The notes below the pieces were generated by a model that searched no databases, was not told the origin of the DNA, and worked only from the letters and a program-made list of their open reading frames with translations. A stretch of DNA of 39,395 nucleotides from Vermamoeba vermiformis. Its lineage: Eukaryota. Within the stretch, counting starts at the first letter, position 1, and each line of letters begins with the position of its first letter. The stretch covers positions 1 to 39,395 of the forward strand of contig JBEWZL010000171.1 of assembly GCA_045837725.1 (NCBI GenBank). Reading direction: 5' to 3'. Positions 39,359 through 39,395 of the stretch are shown in pieces. A program made the position numbers and the translations under genes.

Positions 39359-39395
39359 AATAAAACGAGAGATATCTCATTTTATCTAATTTAAC
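39359..39395. repeat. Right terminal/subterminal repeat with internal hairpin (ATAAAA-C-GAGA-GATA-TCTC-A-TTTTAT)
   Basis: Counterpart of 34862-34895. It runs to the last base of the window. Confidence 0.75.

Larger units (their letters stand above)
34850..39395. mobile_element. ~4.5-kb two-gene DNA transposon (Sola1/DUF7869-like); right terminus probably just beyond the window
   Basis: A transposase gene and a divergent second gene are bracketed by related palindromic motifs. The left end abuts a host exon. The exact left boundary (34850-34862) is uncertain and no TSD can be verified. Confidence 0.8.

Overview
This is an intron-rich, gene-dense eukaryotic window. Introns are mostly GT-AG and ~40-60 nt, consistent with a protist, possibly amoebozoan (inference only). 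I stitched the ORF-track fragments into spliced genes by eye. From left to right the window holds: a decayed P-loop NTPase pseudogene; three F-box genes with unrelated partner domains; UFD2/UBE4B; a Cys-rich type I membrane protein; a fourth F-box gene (F-box + 2 CHORD-like Zn modules + beta-propeller); a large secreted, probably GPI-anchored, bacterial-style glucose/sorbosone-dehydrogenase-PKD-CBM6-DNRLRE protein; an old-yellow-enzyme flavin oxidoreductase; ALG10; an aberrant tRNA-like gene (GTA anticodon); a small acidic orphan gene; a class IV sirtuin; and a 5'-truncated GSAP/pigeon homologue. The GSAP homologue is cut by a ~4.5 kb two-gene DNA transposon that runs to the window end. The element carries an apparently intact spliced Sola1/DUF7869-like DDD transposase and a divergently transcribed unknown coiled-coil gene, and both ends have related palindromic motifs. 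The element and the tRNA-like gene are the most interesting parts. Exon boundaries and family calls come from motif recognition, with no database search.
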